DNA from: an uncultured Acidimicrobiales bacterium
Lineage (GTDB): Bacteria > Actinomycetota > Acidimicrobiia > Acidimicrobiales > SZUA-35
Assembly (NCBI GenBank): GCA_963700755.1
Contig: CAVOYW010000005.1
Span: forward strand, 181,845-245,844
Length of the DNA: 64,000 nt
Direction of reading: 5' to 3'
Shown here one piece after another: positions 22,869 through 31,965 of this stretch. Made by a program: the position numbers and the translations under genes. The notes below the pieces were generated by a model. The model was not told where the DNA came from. It ran no database searches and saw nothing but the letters and a program-made list of their open reading frames with translations. Position 1 is the stretch's first letter. Every line of letters starts with the position of its first letter.

Positions 22869-23978
22869 TCAGGTCCGGCGGCGCATCGACATCGCCCGTT
22901 CGACCCGACTCCGGGCAACGACCATGGCAGCTGCTCTCGGGGTCACGCCGTCGTGTGCGCTACGTTCGAGAACTTCGGCGGTGTTCGCCCGGATCCGATC
23001 GTCGATGGTCTCGAAGGCCTGGGAACGAGTTCCGTGCGCATACTCGACCGCCCCGCAGATCACCCCGCCCGCGTTCGCGATGAAGTCGGGGACCGAGATG
23101 ATGCCTCGCTCGTGGAGGCGTTGTTCGGCCTCGAGTGTGGCCGGGATGTTGGCCCCCTGCAGGACCAGCTTGGCCTGCAGACGATCGACGTTGTCGATGC
23201 GCAGCACATCGGGCCCTGCGGCCGGGATCCAGATGTCGCATTCGACATCGATGACGTCGTCTCCGGTCAGTTTCGTGCCCGGGTGCTCGGCGACCGAGAG
23301 CCCGGCGGCCTTCAGTTCGTCGAGTCGATCGAGGTCGAGTCCGCCGGCGTCGGCCACACCACCTCGGGAATCGACGGCGGCGACCACGACCGCGCCCCGC
23401 TCGGTCAGGAACCGTGCGGCCGGTCGACCCACATTGCCGTAGCCCTGGATGACCACCCGGGCCCCGTCGAGGTCGAGGCCGATCCGAGCCGCGGCCACAT
23501 CACCGGCGGAAGCCACCCCGAACCCGGTGGCGCCCAGCTGATCGAGAGGCAGGCCGCCGAGTTCGGCCGGCAGGCCGACGGCGCGGCCGATCTGATCCAG
23601 CACCCAACTCATGGCGGTCTCGTCGGTCCCCATGTCGGGACCCGGGATGTACTCGACGAGATCTCGAATCCCATCTGCGTAGGCTCGGATCAGCTCCTCC
23701 TTCCGCTCGACGGGCATTCGAGGATCGGCCACGATCCCGGACTTGGCACCCCCGTGGCGCAGGCCGGCCATGGCGTTCTTGAGGGTCATGGCCCGAGCCA
23801 GGCGGAAGCACACCTCCATCGACATGTCGGGGGCCATGCGCAGCCCGCCGATCGCGGGACCGGCCGCGACGTTGTCGATCACGACCATCGCCCGCAGGCC
23901 GGTTCGGCGTTCGGTGATCGCCACCACCTTGGCCGGGCCGAGATCGTCGGTGAACAGGAAGGGATCGTGCGCGGTCAT
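22869..23978 (-). CDS. Glu/Leu/Phe/Val dehydrogenase
   Basis: GPAIGGLR, LARAMTLKNA...GGAKSG, PGPDMGT, IQGYGNVG, PDFIANAGGV. Confidence 0.93.
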   Translation of the reverse strand: MTAHDPFLFTDDLGPAKVVAITERRTGLRAMVVIDNVAAGPAIGGLRMAPDMSMEVCFRLARAMTLKNAMAGLRHGGAKSGIVADPRMPVERKEELIRAYADGIRDLVEYIPGPDMGTDETAMSWVLDQIGRAVGLPAELGGLPLDQLGATGFGVASAGDVAAARIGLDLDGARVVIQGYGNVGRPAARFLTERGAVVVAAVDSRGGVADAGGLDLDRLDELKAAGLSVAEHPGTKLTGDDVIDVECDIWIPAAGPDVLRIDNVDRLQAKLVLQGANIPATLEAEQRLHERGIISVPDFIANAGGVICGAVEYAHGTRSQAFETIDDRIRANTAEVLERSAHDGVTPRAAAMVVARSRVERAMSMRRRT

Positions 23979-25081
23979 GTCGGCTGCTCCAGGTCGTCGA
24001 GAAGGCTGGTGAGGAATCGGGCAGCCTCGCTGCCCATCACCACCCGATGGTCGAAGGTGATCGAGATCGGCAGGATCGGCCGGACGACGGGTTGCCCATC
24101 CCGGGCAACGACGGCCGGGCGGATCCGGCCGGCCCCGACGATGGCCACCTGAGGGGGAACGACGACGAGCGCGGCATGCCGTCCGCCGAAGACCCCGAAG
24201 TTCGACAGGGTGATGGTCTGGCCCCGGAGGTCTCCAGGTGGAATGGATCGGGCGATGACGTCGCGTTTCATCGCATCGATCGCCGACCGGAGGTCGGCGG
24301 CCGAGCGGTCGACGATGTCGGTGAGGACGGGAACGAAGAGCCCGTCGGGGGTGTCGACGGCCATGCCCAGATCGACCGCGGTGTTCGTGCTGCGCCCTCG
24401 ATCCGGTCCGTGGAACGACATGTTGAGGGCGGGTTCGGCCCGGCAGGCCACGCCGATGGCGCGTACCAGGCGGAGGGTGGCGTCCTCGGAGGCCGCCCAT
24501 TCGCCGACATCGGCATCGTCGGTCACGGTGGCGGGCACCACCTCGGCGTGGGCCCGGGCCATGTTGGCCGCCATCGCCCTTCGCACCCCTCGCAGTGGTT
24601 CGATTCGAGCTGCCGGGCCGGGGGTCGACGCCGCCTCCACATCGGCCATCGTGACCGTCCCATCGGTCCCGGTGGCCGTGACGGTCGACAGGTCGACGCC
24701 GAGTGCTCGGGCCCGGGCCCGCACCGCCGGCATCGCCCGGACCCCCGGCGTGCCGGCTGCCGGCGGCAGGGAGTCGGGACGGGGCGTCGTCGCCGGCGTC
24801 GCGGGGGGTCCGAGGTCGCCGACGATCGCGCCGACGTCGATGGCGTCACCGTCGGCGAAGTCGACCAGGACGTCGCCCACCCGGATCAGGTCGCCGGCCT
24901 CGCCGTGCCGTTGCTCGATCCGGCCCGACTGTGGGGAGGGGATCTCGACCACGGCCTTGTCGGTCTCGACCGACACCAGGGGTTGGTCGGCGACCACGTG
25001 ATCGCCGGGTCCGACATGCCACGCCACGATCTCGGCCTCGTGCAGGCCTTCGCCGACATCGGGGAGACGGAAGGCGGTCAT
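23975..25081 (-). CDS. pdhC: 2-oxoacid dehydrogenase E2 (dihydrolipoamide acyltransferase)
   Basis: Lipoyl motif VETDKA, E3-binding AMPAVRARA, catalytic FDHRVVMG. Confidence 0.93.
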   Translation of the reverse strand: MTAFRLPDVGEGLHEAEIVAWHVGPGDHVVADQPLVSVETDKAVVEIPSPQSGRIEQRHGEAGDLIRVGDVLVDFADGDAIDVGAIVGDLGPPATPATTPRPDSLPPAAGTPGVRAMPAVRARARALGVDLSTVTATGTDGTVTMADVEAASTPGPAARIEPLRGVRRAMAANMARAHAEVVPATVTDDADVGEWAASEDATLRLVRAIGVACRAEPALNMSFHGPDRGRSTNTAVDLGMAVDTPDGLFVPVLTDIVDRSAADLRSAIDAMKRDVIARSIPPGDLRGQTITLSNFGVFGGRHAALVVVPPQVAIVGAGRIRPAVVARDGQPVVRPILPISITFDHRVVMGSEAARFLTSLLDDLEQPT

Positions 25082-25091
25082 CGGACGGCGG

Positions 25092-26072
25092 TCATCGGAA
25101 GGACATGACGTGGTGGGCGGCGTCGAGGACCTGCGGAACGCCCGGCAGGTACTCGTGTTCGAGCCGGTAGAGCGGCATGACGGTGTCGGGGCCGGTGACC
25201 CGGGTGACGGGGGCCAGGAGGCTGGCCAGCGCCACCTCGGCGAGCCCGGCGGCGATCTCGGCGCCGAGTCCGCCGCTTCTGGGTGCCTCGTGGACGATCA
25301 CGCAGCGCCCGGTCCGCTCGACCGACGCCGCGATGGTTTCGAGGTCGAGGGGTTTCACCGTGGACACATCGACGACGTCGGCCTCGATGCCTTCGGTGGC
25401 CAGGACGTCGGCCGCCTCGCGTATCTCCATCATCGATGCGCCCCAGCCCACGATGGTCAGGTCCCGGCCCGACCGCTCGACCACACAGATGTCGAGCGGG
25501 AGCGCGACGCCGTCGTCGTCGACGTCGTCGACCAGCGCCCGGTAGGCCCGTTTCGGCTCGAGGAAGACCACCGGGTCGGGGTCGGCGATGGCGGCCAGCA
25601 GCAGGCCGTAGGCCCGGGCCGGCGTGGACGGGATCACGACCCGGAGACCGGGGACATGGGCCAGCATCGACTCGAAGCTCTCGGAATGATGTTCGGGTGC
25701 GTGCACGCCGCCGCCATAGGGGGCGCGGACGACGAGCGGACAGCTGAGCCGGCCCCGGGTCCGGTTGCGGAGCCGACTTGCGTGGTTGGCCAGCTGATCG
25801 ATGCCCGGATACAGGAAGCCCATGAATTGGTACTCGACGACGGGGCGCATGCCCTGCGCCGACAGCCCGACGGCGAGCCCGGTGAACATCGACTCCGAGA
25901 TCGGCAGGTCGAGGACACGGTCGGGACCGAAGCGCGCCAGCAGACCGTCGGTGGCGCGGAACACCCCGCCGTCGATGCCAACGTCCTCGCCCAGGATCAG
26001 CACACGGTCGTCGTCGGTCATGGCCCGGGCCAGGGCCAGGCGCACGGCTTCGACGAGGCTGACCTCAGCCAT
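25092..26072 (-). CDS. pdhB: 2-oxoacid dehydrogenase E1 beta subunit
   Basis: LGEDVGIDGGVFRATDGL, APEHHSES, DPVVFLEPK. Confidence 0.95.
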   Translation of the reverse strand: MAEVSLVEAVRLALARAMTDDDRVLILGEDVGIDGGVFRATDGLLARFGPDRVLDLPISESMFTGLAVGLSAQGMRPVVEYQFMGFLYPGIDQLANHASRLRNRTRGRLSCPLVVRAPYGGGVHAPEHHSESFESMLAHVPGLRVVIPSTPARAYGLLLAAIADPDPVVFLEPKRAYRALVDDVDDDGVALPLDICVVERSGRDLTIVGWGASMMEIREAADVLATEGIEADVVDVSTVKPLDLETIAASVERTGRCVIVHEAPRSGGLGAEIAAGLAEVALASLLAPVTRVTGPDTVMPLYRLEHEYLPGVPQVLDAAHHVMSFR

Positions 26073-27195
26073 GTCCGTGGGCCCCCCGCTCGACGACCGC
26101 GGCCCGTTGGGCGGCCATGGCCCGCGGAAGCGTTGCGTACAGATGATCGAACATGCTCGCCGGCTCGCGCGGCTCGGTGGCGAGGTAGGCGTCGGCTGCC
26201 TCCTCGATCCGTGCGTGACAGTCGGCCTGCAACCGTTCCTCGTCGTCGCGTCCCCAGTGTCCGGTTTCGACGAGGTGGGCGCGGAGCCGGGCGATCGGAT
26301 CGAGCGCCCACTGCGCACTCACCTCGCGATCGTCGCGGTAGCGGCTGGCGTCGTCGGCGGTCGTGTGATCGGCGAGGCGGTAGGTGAGCGCTTCGATCAA
26401 GGTCGGACCTTCGCCGTTGCGTGCTCGCTCGACCGCCCGCTCGACGACGGCCCGCACAGCGACGATGTCGTTGCCGTCGACCTGCTCGGCGGCGATCCCG
26501 GCGGCGATGCCTTTCTGGGCCAGGGTCTCGGCCGCCGACTGGTTCGACCGGGGCACCGAGATCGCCCACTGGTTGTCGTTCACCACGAACACCAGTGGTA
26601 GCCGTCGTACGCCGGCGTAGTTGATGGCCTCGTAGACGTCGCCCCGTGACGTCGCCCCGTCGCCCATCACGCACACGGCGACCCGGTCCTCACCCCGCAG
26701 CTGGAAGGCGAGGGCAACACCGGCGGCGTGGGGTACATGGGTCCCGATCGGCACACAGATGGGGAAGTCCTCGCGGGGGCCGGCGAAGTCACTGCCCCGC
26801 TCGTCGCCTCCCCAGTAGAGGAGGAGCTCGACCGGAGTCACGCCCCGCAGCAACTGCGCCCCCTGCTCGCGGAACGACGGGACGAGGACATCGTCGATCC
26901 GCATGGCCGAGCCCACCCCCACCGCCACCGCCTCCTGGCCGAGTGACGACGCGAACGTTCCGAGCCGTCCGGTGCGTTGGAGCGACACGGCCTTGGCGTC
27001 GAAGGTCCGGGTGAGCCACATGGCGCGGTACAGCTCGATCAGCGTGTCGGGGTCTCGGGCGAAGCCGGGGAGTTCGCCACGAGCAGAACCGTCGGGGTCG
27101 ACATAGGCGGTACGCCGGACCACGAACGACGCAACGTCGGCCGAGACCGCAGAGCCAGCCGAGACCGCAGAGCCATCGTTCCCCTGGTCGGACAC
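26065..27195 (-). CDS. pdhA: 2-oxoacid dehydrogenase E1 alpha subunit
   Basis: SSLGQEA, TPP motif GDGATS...NDNQWAIS, YRLADHTTADD. Confidence 0.95.
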   Translation of the reverse strand: MSDQGNDGSAVSAGSAVSADVASFVVRRTAYVDPDGSARGELPGFARDPDTLIELYRAMWLTRTFDAKAVSLQRTGRLGTFASSLGQEAVAVGVGSAMRIDDVLVPSFREQGAQLLRGVTPVELLLYWGGDERGSDFAGPREDFPICVPIGTHVPHAAGVALAFQLRGEDRVAVCVMGDGATSRGDVYEAINYAGVRRLPLVFVVNDNQWAISVPRSNQSAAETLAQKGIAAGIAAEQVDGNDIVAVRAVVERAVERARNGEGPTLIEALTYRLADHTTADDASRYRDDREVSAQWALDPIARLRAHLVETGHWGRDDEERLQADCHARIEEAADAYLATEPREPASMFDHLYATLPRAMAAQRAAVVERGAHGHG

Positions 27196-27240
27196 GGTTC
27201 CATGGTGAGAGAAGCGAACGGATCGGCCAAGGGGCGAAGG

Positions 27241-27900
27241 TCACCGGAGAGGCCATGGCGATCCGCTCGGCCGGTCGAGGTCGGCCACCAGGGACACCAT
27301 GCTCTCGAGAATCCCCACGCCCATGGTCATCTTGCGAAAGAACGATGTGGTGTGGGGGATCAGCGTGAACCGGGGGTGGGGCATCCACAGTTCTCGCAGT
27401 CGTTGATCCAGTGCGATGGCCTGCTCGTGCGACTCGGTGCGGTAGCGGTTCTCGCTCTCGAAGCCGTGACCGCCCCGTGCTGCGGTCTCGAAGAAGATCA
27501 CGGCGTCGTAGCGGTCGAGTTCGGCCTGATGACTCGAACCGACCGAGGCGAAGAAACCGTCGGCACCGTCGGGCCAGTAGGCGCCCCCGTCGACCGTTCC
27601 CCGGTCGCAGAGGAGGATCCGGTCGGGGAACCGCTTGGCCTGGACGTCTTCGAGATTGCGTTGGACGCTGTAGATCGCAGCTTGCACGCTTCGTGTTGCT
27701 TCGGCTTCGGAAGGGCGGGGGAACCCACCGGTGAAGAGCAGGGTCGCTGCCTCGGGAACCACGGTCACGCGGTCACCGATCTCGCGTCGGAACAGATCGG
27801 CTGCGGTGGTCTTGCCCCCTCCGGGGCCGCCGGTGAGGACGACCCGAAATGGTCCCCGGTGGTCGGAGTCGGCTTGGGTGGGTCTGGCGGAATCGGTCAT
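27241..27900 (-). CDS. AAA_28-type P-loop NTPase (NadR/Ttd14-like)
   Basis: VVLTGGPGGGKTT, VPEAAT, LCDRGTVDG. Confidence 0.8.
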   Translation of the reverse strand: MTDSARPTQADSDHRGPFRVVLTGGPGGGKTTAADLFRREIGDRVTVVPEAATLLFTGGFPRPSEAEATRSVQAAIYSVQRNLEDVQAKRFPDRILLCDRGTVDGGAYWPDGADGFFASVGSSHQAELDRYDAVIFFETAARGGHGFESENRYRTESHEQAIALDQRLRELWMPHPRFTLIPHTTSFFRKMTMGVGILESMVSLVADLDRPSGSPWPLR

Positions 27901-27989
27901 GTCACCTCGTCGCGGTGCTGTTTCGTTCCCGTGCACCTTGCACGCGGCGACGCTCGTGCTCACTGCCCGGGATCGTCACCGGCATCATG

Positions 27990-28403
27990 TCAGATTCCGG
28001 TCCTGCGTCGGTACGGACCGTTGGGAAGCAGATCGAGGATGGCGGCGTGCTGAACGTGGTCGTCGACGCCGACGGTGCTGATCCTCACCGTGTCGCCACC
28101 GAGCTCCAGGGCAACCTGGAGACACGCCCCACAGGGCCAGGTCAGGCCGTTGTCGGTGCTCGGGGCCTCGAGTAGGACGTGCGCCGGTCGGGCTCCGGAG
28201 GTTGCGCAGTTGAAGAGCGCCACCCGCTCGGCGCACATGGCGAGTCCCAGGGAGATGTTCTCGACGATGGCTCCGGTGTGGATGGTGCCGTCGGTGGCGA
28301 GCACCGCCGCCCCGGCATCGAATTTCGTGTACGGGGCGTAGGCCCGGCTGCGGGCCGCCCGGGCCGCAGCACGAAGTTCGTGGTCGATCGAGTCGTCAGG
28401 CAT
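27990..28403 (-). CDS. cdd: Cytidine deaminase
   Basis: AYAPYTKF, VENIS, CAERVA and PCGAC zinc motifs. Confidence 0.88.
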   Translation of the reverse strand: MPDDSIDHELRAAARAARSRAYAPYTKFDAGAAVLATDGTIHTGAIVENISLGLAMCAERVALFNCATSGARPAHVLLEAPSTDNGLTWPCGACLQVALELGGDTVRISTVGVDDHVQHAAILDLLPNGPYRRRTGI

Positions 28404-28620
28404 CGGGGTCCCTTCGGGTGGGAGGTCGGGAGGAAGCCGACCGACCGCTGGCCCCGATACAAGCGCTCGGGGGGTCCCTGATCAAGTCCGGTGAGTCGGC
28501 GGGGCGTGCCCGCGCCGCCGAGTGCGGACAACCGGGACGGCACGAATCGGCATGGCTCGCACGATTCAGGGTAGGAACAGGGCATGTGCTTCATCACCCG
28601 ACCCACCGCCCGGTTTCGAC

Positions 28621-30072
28621 ATGGCTGCTGATCTCGGTCTCATCGGTTTGGCCGTGATGGGCCAGAACCTCGTGCTCAACATGGCCGACCATGGCTTCTC
28701 GGTCGCCGTGCACAATCGCACCGCCGAGACCACTCGAGAGTTCGTCGAGGGTCCGGCGGCCGATCACGCCGCCGCCGGGCGGATCGTTGCGACCGGCAGC
28801 CTTCCCGATCTGGTCGCGGCGGTGGCGCGGCCCCGTCGGATCATGTTGATGGTCAAGGCCGGGTCCGTCGTCGACGCGGTCATCGACGAGTTGGCGCCGT
28901 TGCTCGATGCGGGCGACCTGATCATCGATGGCGGGAACTCTCTCTACACCGACACCGAACGCCGCACCGAGACCCTGTCGGGGCAACGGCTCCACTACGT
29001 CGGCGCGGGCGTTTCCGGCGGGGAGGAGGGAGCCCGGCACGGCCCGTCGATCATGCCCGGTGGGTCTCCCGAGGTCCGGGACCTGATCCAGCCCGTCTTC
29101 GAGGCGATTGCGGCGAGGGCCGACGACGGGCAGCCCTGCACCACGTGGCTCGGGCCCGGCGGGAGCGGCCATTTCGTGAAGATGGTGCACAACGGCATCG
29201 AGTACGGCGACATGCAGGTCCTGGCCGAGGCGTATTCGCTGTTGAAGGCCAGGGGTCTGAGCAACGCCGAGATGGCGTCGGTCTTCGATCGATGGCGCTC
29301 GGGTGTGTTGTCGTCCTACCTGGTCGACATCACGGCCGAGATCCTCGGTACCACCGACTCCACCGGTGCTGCCGTGATCGATCAGATCCTCGACGCCGCC
29401 GGTCAGAAGGGCACCGGTCGGTGGACCGTGGTCACCTCACTCGAACTGGGCCAACCACTGACCTTGATCGGCGAAGCCGTCATGGCCCGACAGTTGTCGG
29501 CCGCTGTCGACCAACGTTCCCGGGCCTCCACCGTGCTGTCGGGACCCGACGTCGGACTCGACGACGCCCTGTCGATCGACGACATCGAGCTCGCGGCGTA
29601 CGGATCGAAGATCATCTCGTACACGCAAGGCTTCATGCTGCTGTCCGATGCCTCCACCGAGTTCGGCTGGGATCTCGATCTCGGTGCGGTGGCCTCGATC
29701 TGGCGAGCCGGCTGCATCATCCGCGCCGGCTTCCTCGACGACATCACCCGGGCCCATGCGGCCACGCCCGGTCTCGAGAACCTGCTGTTCGCGCCGTTCT
29801 TCGGCGACGCGATGGCGAGGGCACATCCGGCCATGCGCCGGGTCGTTGCGGCGGCCGTCGGCGCCGGGATCCCGGTTCCGGCCTATGGCTCGGCCCTGGC
29901 CTTCTACGACGGGTTCCGAAGCGAGCGGCTGCCGGCCAACCTGATCCAAGCCCAACGCGACTACTTCGGGGCTCACACCTACGAGCGAGTCGACCGACCC
30001 CGGGGCGAGTTCTTCCACACCGACTGGACCGGATCGGGTGGAGCGGCGACGTCCAACGCCTACGAGGCCTGA
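28621..30072 (+). CDS. gnd: NADP-dependent 6-phosphogluconate dehydrogenase
   Basis: GLAVMGQNL, VKMVHNGIEYGDMQ, QKGTGRW, LIQAQRDYFGAHTY. Confidence 0.97.
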   Translation: MAADLGLIGLAVMGQNLVLNMADHGFSVAVHNRTAETTREFVEGPAADHAAAGRIVATGSLPDLVAAVARPRRIMLMVKAGSVVDAVIDELAPLLDAGDLIIDGGNSLYTDTERRTETLSGQRLHYVGAGVSGGEEGARHGPSIMPGGSPEVRDLIQPVFEAIAARADDGQPCTTWLGPGGSGHFVKMVHNGIEYGDMQVLAEAYSLLKARGLSNAEMASVFDRWRSGVLSSYLVDITAEILGTTDSTGAAVIDQILDAAGQKGTGRWTVVTSLELGQPLTLIGEAVMARQLSAAVDQRSRASTVLSGPDVGLDDALSIDDIELAAYGSKIISYTQGFMLLSDASTEFGWDLDLGAVASIWRAGCIIRAGFLDDITRAHAATPGLENLLFAPFFGDAMARAHPAMRRVVAAAVGAGIPVPAYGSALAFYDGFRSERLPANLIQAQRDYFGAHTYERVDRPRGEFFHTDWTGSGGAATSNAYEA

Positions 30073-30079
30073 GAGATCG

Positions 30080-30271
30080 ATGGACCGCCACGTCGTGATC
30101 ACCGGCTCGATGGGCGTCGGGAAGTCGACCACGGCACAGGCCGTCGTCGCCGTGACCGGGCTCGCCTGGCGCGACTCCGATGCCGACCTCGAGTGGCACG
30201 ACCTTCGGCTCGATGCGACCCAGCCTCCGGAGTCGCTCGCAATGACGATCGTCGAGGCCCTGACCGGCTGA
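30080..30271 (+). pseudogene. Internally deleted shikimate/gluconate-kinase-like remnant (63 aa)
   Basis: VITGSMGVGKSTT P-loop and WRDSD joined directly to a kinase-like C-terminus DLRLDATQPPESLAMTIVEAL. Confidence 0.6.
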
Positions 30272-30303
30272 CAGCGACGGGCGGCGCGGTTCATACTGTC
30301 GCC

Positions 30304-31011
30304 ATGGATCAGTTGACGCCACTTCCCGAGGACTGGCACCGAGGACTGGCGGTGGTCGCCCACCCCGACGACATGGAATACGGAGCGGCCAGCGCCGTCG
30401 CCCGTTGGACGCAGCAGGGCAAGGACATCCACTACGTGCTCGTGACCGCCGGCGAGGCGGGCATCTCCGACCTGGCCCCGGCCGAGGTGGCACCGCTGCG
30501 CCGGTCCGAACAGGTTGCGAGCTGCGCCGTGGTCGGTGTCGGTCAACCCGAGTTCCTCGGCTACCCCGACGGCCTCGTGATGGCCGACCTGGCTCTTCGC
30601 CGTGACCTGGCCGCCGTGATTCGCCGGCACCGGCCGGAGGTGGTCCTGTCGATCAACTTCCGGGACAGTTGGGGTGGACCGAGCTGGAACCACGTCGACC
30701 ATCGCAACGTGGGGCTGGCGCTGCTCGACGCCGTGCGAGATGCCGCCAACCCGTGGATCTTCCCCGACGCCGGTGGGGCCTGGCCGGGTGTGCGGTTCGC
30801 CGCGTTCGCCGGTTCCCCGCAGAGCACCCACGGTGTCGACATCACCGACACCATCGAGGCCGGAGTCGCCTCGCTCTCGTGTCACCGGCTGTACCTCGAG
30901 CACCTCGACGAGCCAACCGACCCCGACGCGTTCCTCCGCGAGTCGGCCGAAGCCACCGGACCGCGACTGGGTGTGGCACTGGCCGCGGCGTTCGAGCTGA
31001 TCTTCCCCTGA
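30304..31011 (+). CDS. PIG-L family deacetylase
   Basis: VVAHPDDMEYG, TAGEAG, NHVDHR. Confidence 0.92.
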   Translation: MDQLTPLPEDWHRGLAVVAHPDDMEYGAASAVARWTQQGKDIHYVLVTAGEAGISDLAPAEVAPLRRSEQVASCAVVGVGQPEFLGYPDGLVMADLALRRDLAAVIRRHRPEVVLSINFRDSWGGPSWNHVDHRNVGLALLDAVRDAANPWIFPDAGGAWPGVRFAAFAGSPQSTHGVDITDTIEAGVASLSCHRLYLEHLDEPTDPDAFLRESAEATGPRLGVALAAAFELIFP

Positions 31012-31147
31012 TCTCGGCACGTCCGCCGATTCGGCGATTGGCCCACCACGGTTCGACGATCACCCGTGTCGTCGATCCGCCGAAGTCCTCGGCCCTCACC
31101 CCTGAGACGCGGGCACGCCCGGGATGCAGGCTCCCGACCCGGAAGCC

Positions 31148-31539
31148 CTAGGTCCGGCGGCGCAGGATCACCAGGCTGACGCACACCGAGATGATGCCGG
31201 CGAGGACCTGGGCCCCATGGGCGAGGCGGTCGACGTCGATGGTCGGCTTCCATTTCAGGGCACCGTCGCGAATCTCGTAGACCCCGACAGGTCGGGCCCC
31301 GAGACCGAACCCGGTTCCGAAGCCGCGACCACCCTCGTCGTCGGGGCCGGTTCCCTCGCCACCACCGCCCCCGGCACCACCGGCCACACGGGCGACAGGG
31401 ATGATCGTCACCCCGTCGGCGGTGATCGGATCTCCGAACACTCGCCGAACCGAGAGCGCGTCGCGCGTGTCCCTCGGATGTCGTCGAAGATGGCGATCTC
31501 GGAGGGGTCGGTCGTGTTCGTGTTCATGGGGGTGGTCAT
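31148..31539 (-). CDS. GerW/YtfJ family protein (frameshift near 31470)
   Basis: VRRVFGDPITADGVTIIPVARVAGGAGGGGG...ARPVGVYEI; RBS AAGGAG before ATG 31539, which is in another frame. Confidence 0.8.
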
Positions 31540-31550
31540 CGTGGGGCTCC

Positions 31551-31946
31551 TTACTGAATGGCTGAACGATGGTGAGTGGGTGAACGGTGGACGTCGGTGG
31601 ATGTGTCGATCCTTGCCTGGCGCAGGTGCTCGGTGCTCGCCGACGTGAACATCGGCCGGTAGAGCCAGTCTGCGCCGAAGGTGAACACGGTGGCGGCCAC
31701 CACGAACAGGATGGTGGCAGCGGTCGTTGCGTTCGGATCGTCCCGGAGCTGCATGACCACGGCCATGGCAGCAACGGCGGCCGGCACGAGGGCGAACCAT
31801 CCGATGATCGCGTAGGCGGCCGTCCGCGCCCAGCGCCGATGGCGGCGGAGGGCGATGGCGGCAGCGAGCCACTCCGATTCCCGATCGTCGTTCGCTGCGG
31901 TCTGGAGGGTGGCGTCGGCGGCGGTGTCTCGGATGGCGGTACGCAT
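31551..31946 (-). CDS. Small hypothetical membrane protein (two TM helices)
   Basis: RBS GAGGA, two hydrophobic helices, fills the gap in the operon. Confidence 0.6.
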   Translation of the reverse strand: MRTAIRDTAADATLQTAANDDRESEWLAAAIALRRHRRWARTAAYAIIGWFALVPAAVAAMAVVMQLRDDPNATTAATILFVVAATVFTFGADWLYRPMFTSASTEHLRQARIDTSTDVHRSPTHHRSAIQ

Positions 31947-31965
31947 GGCGGGTTCCTCTCGATCG

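Noticed and set aside
28404-28620. Possible riboswitch between cdd and gnd
   Set aside because: It has GC-rich stems but no recognisable riboswitch consensus. An Rfam scan would be needed.
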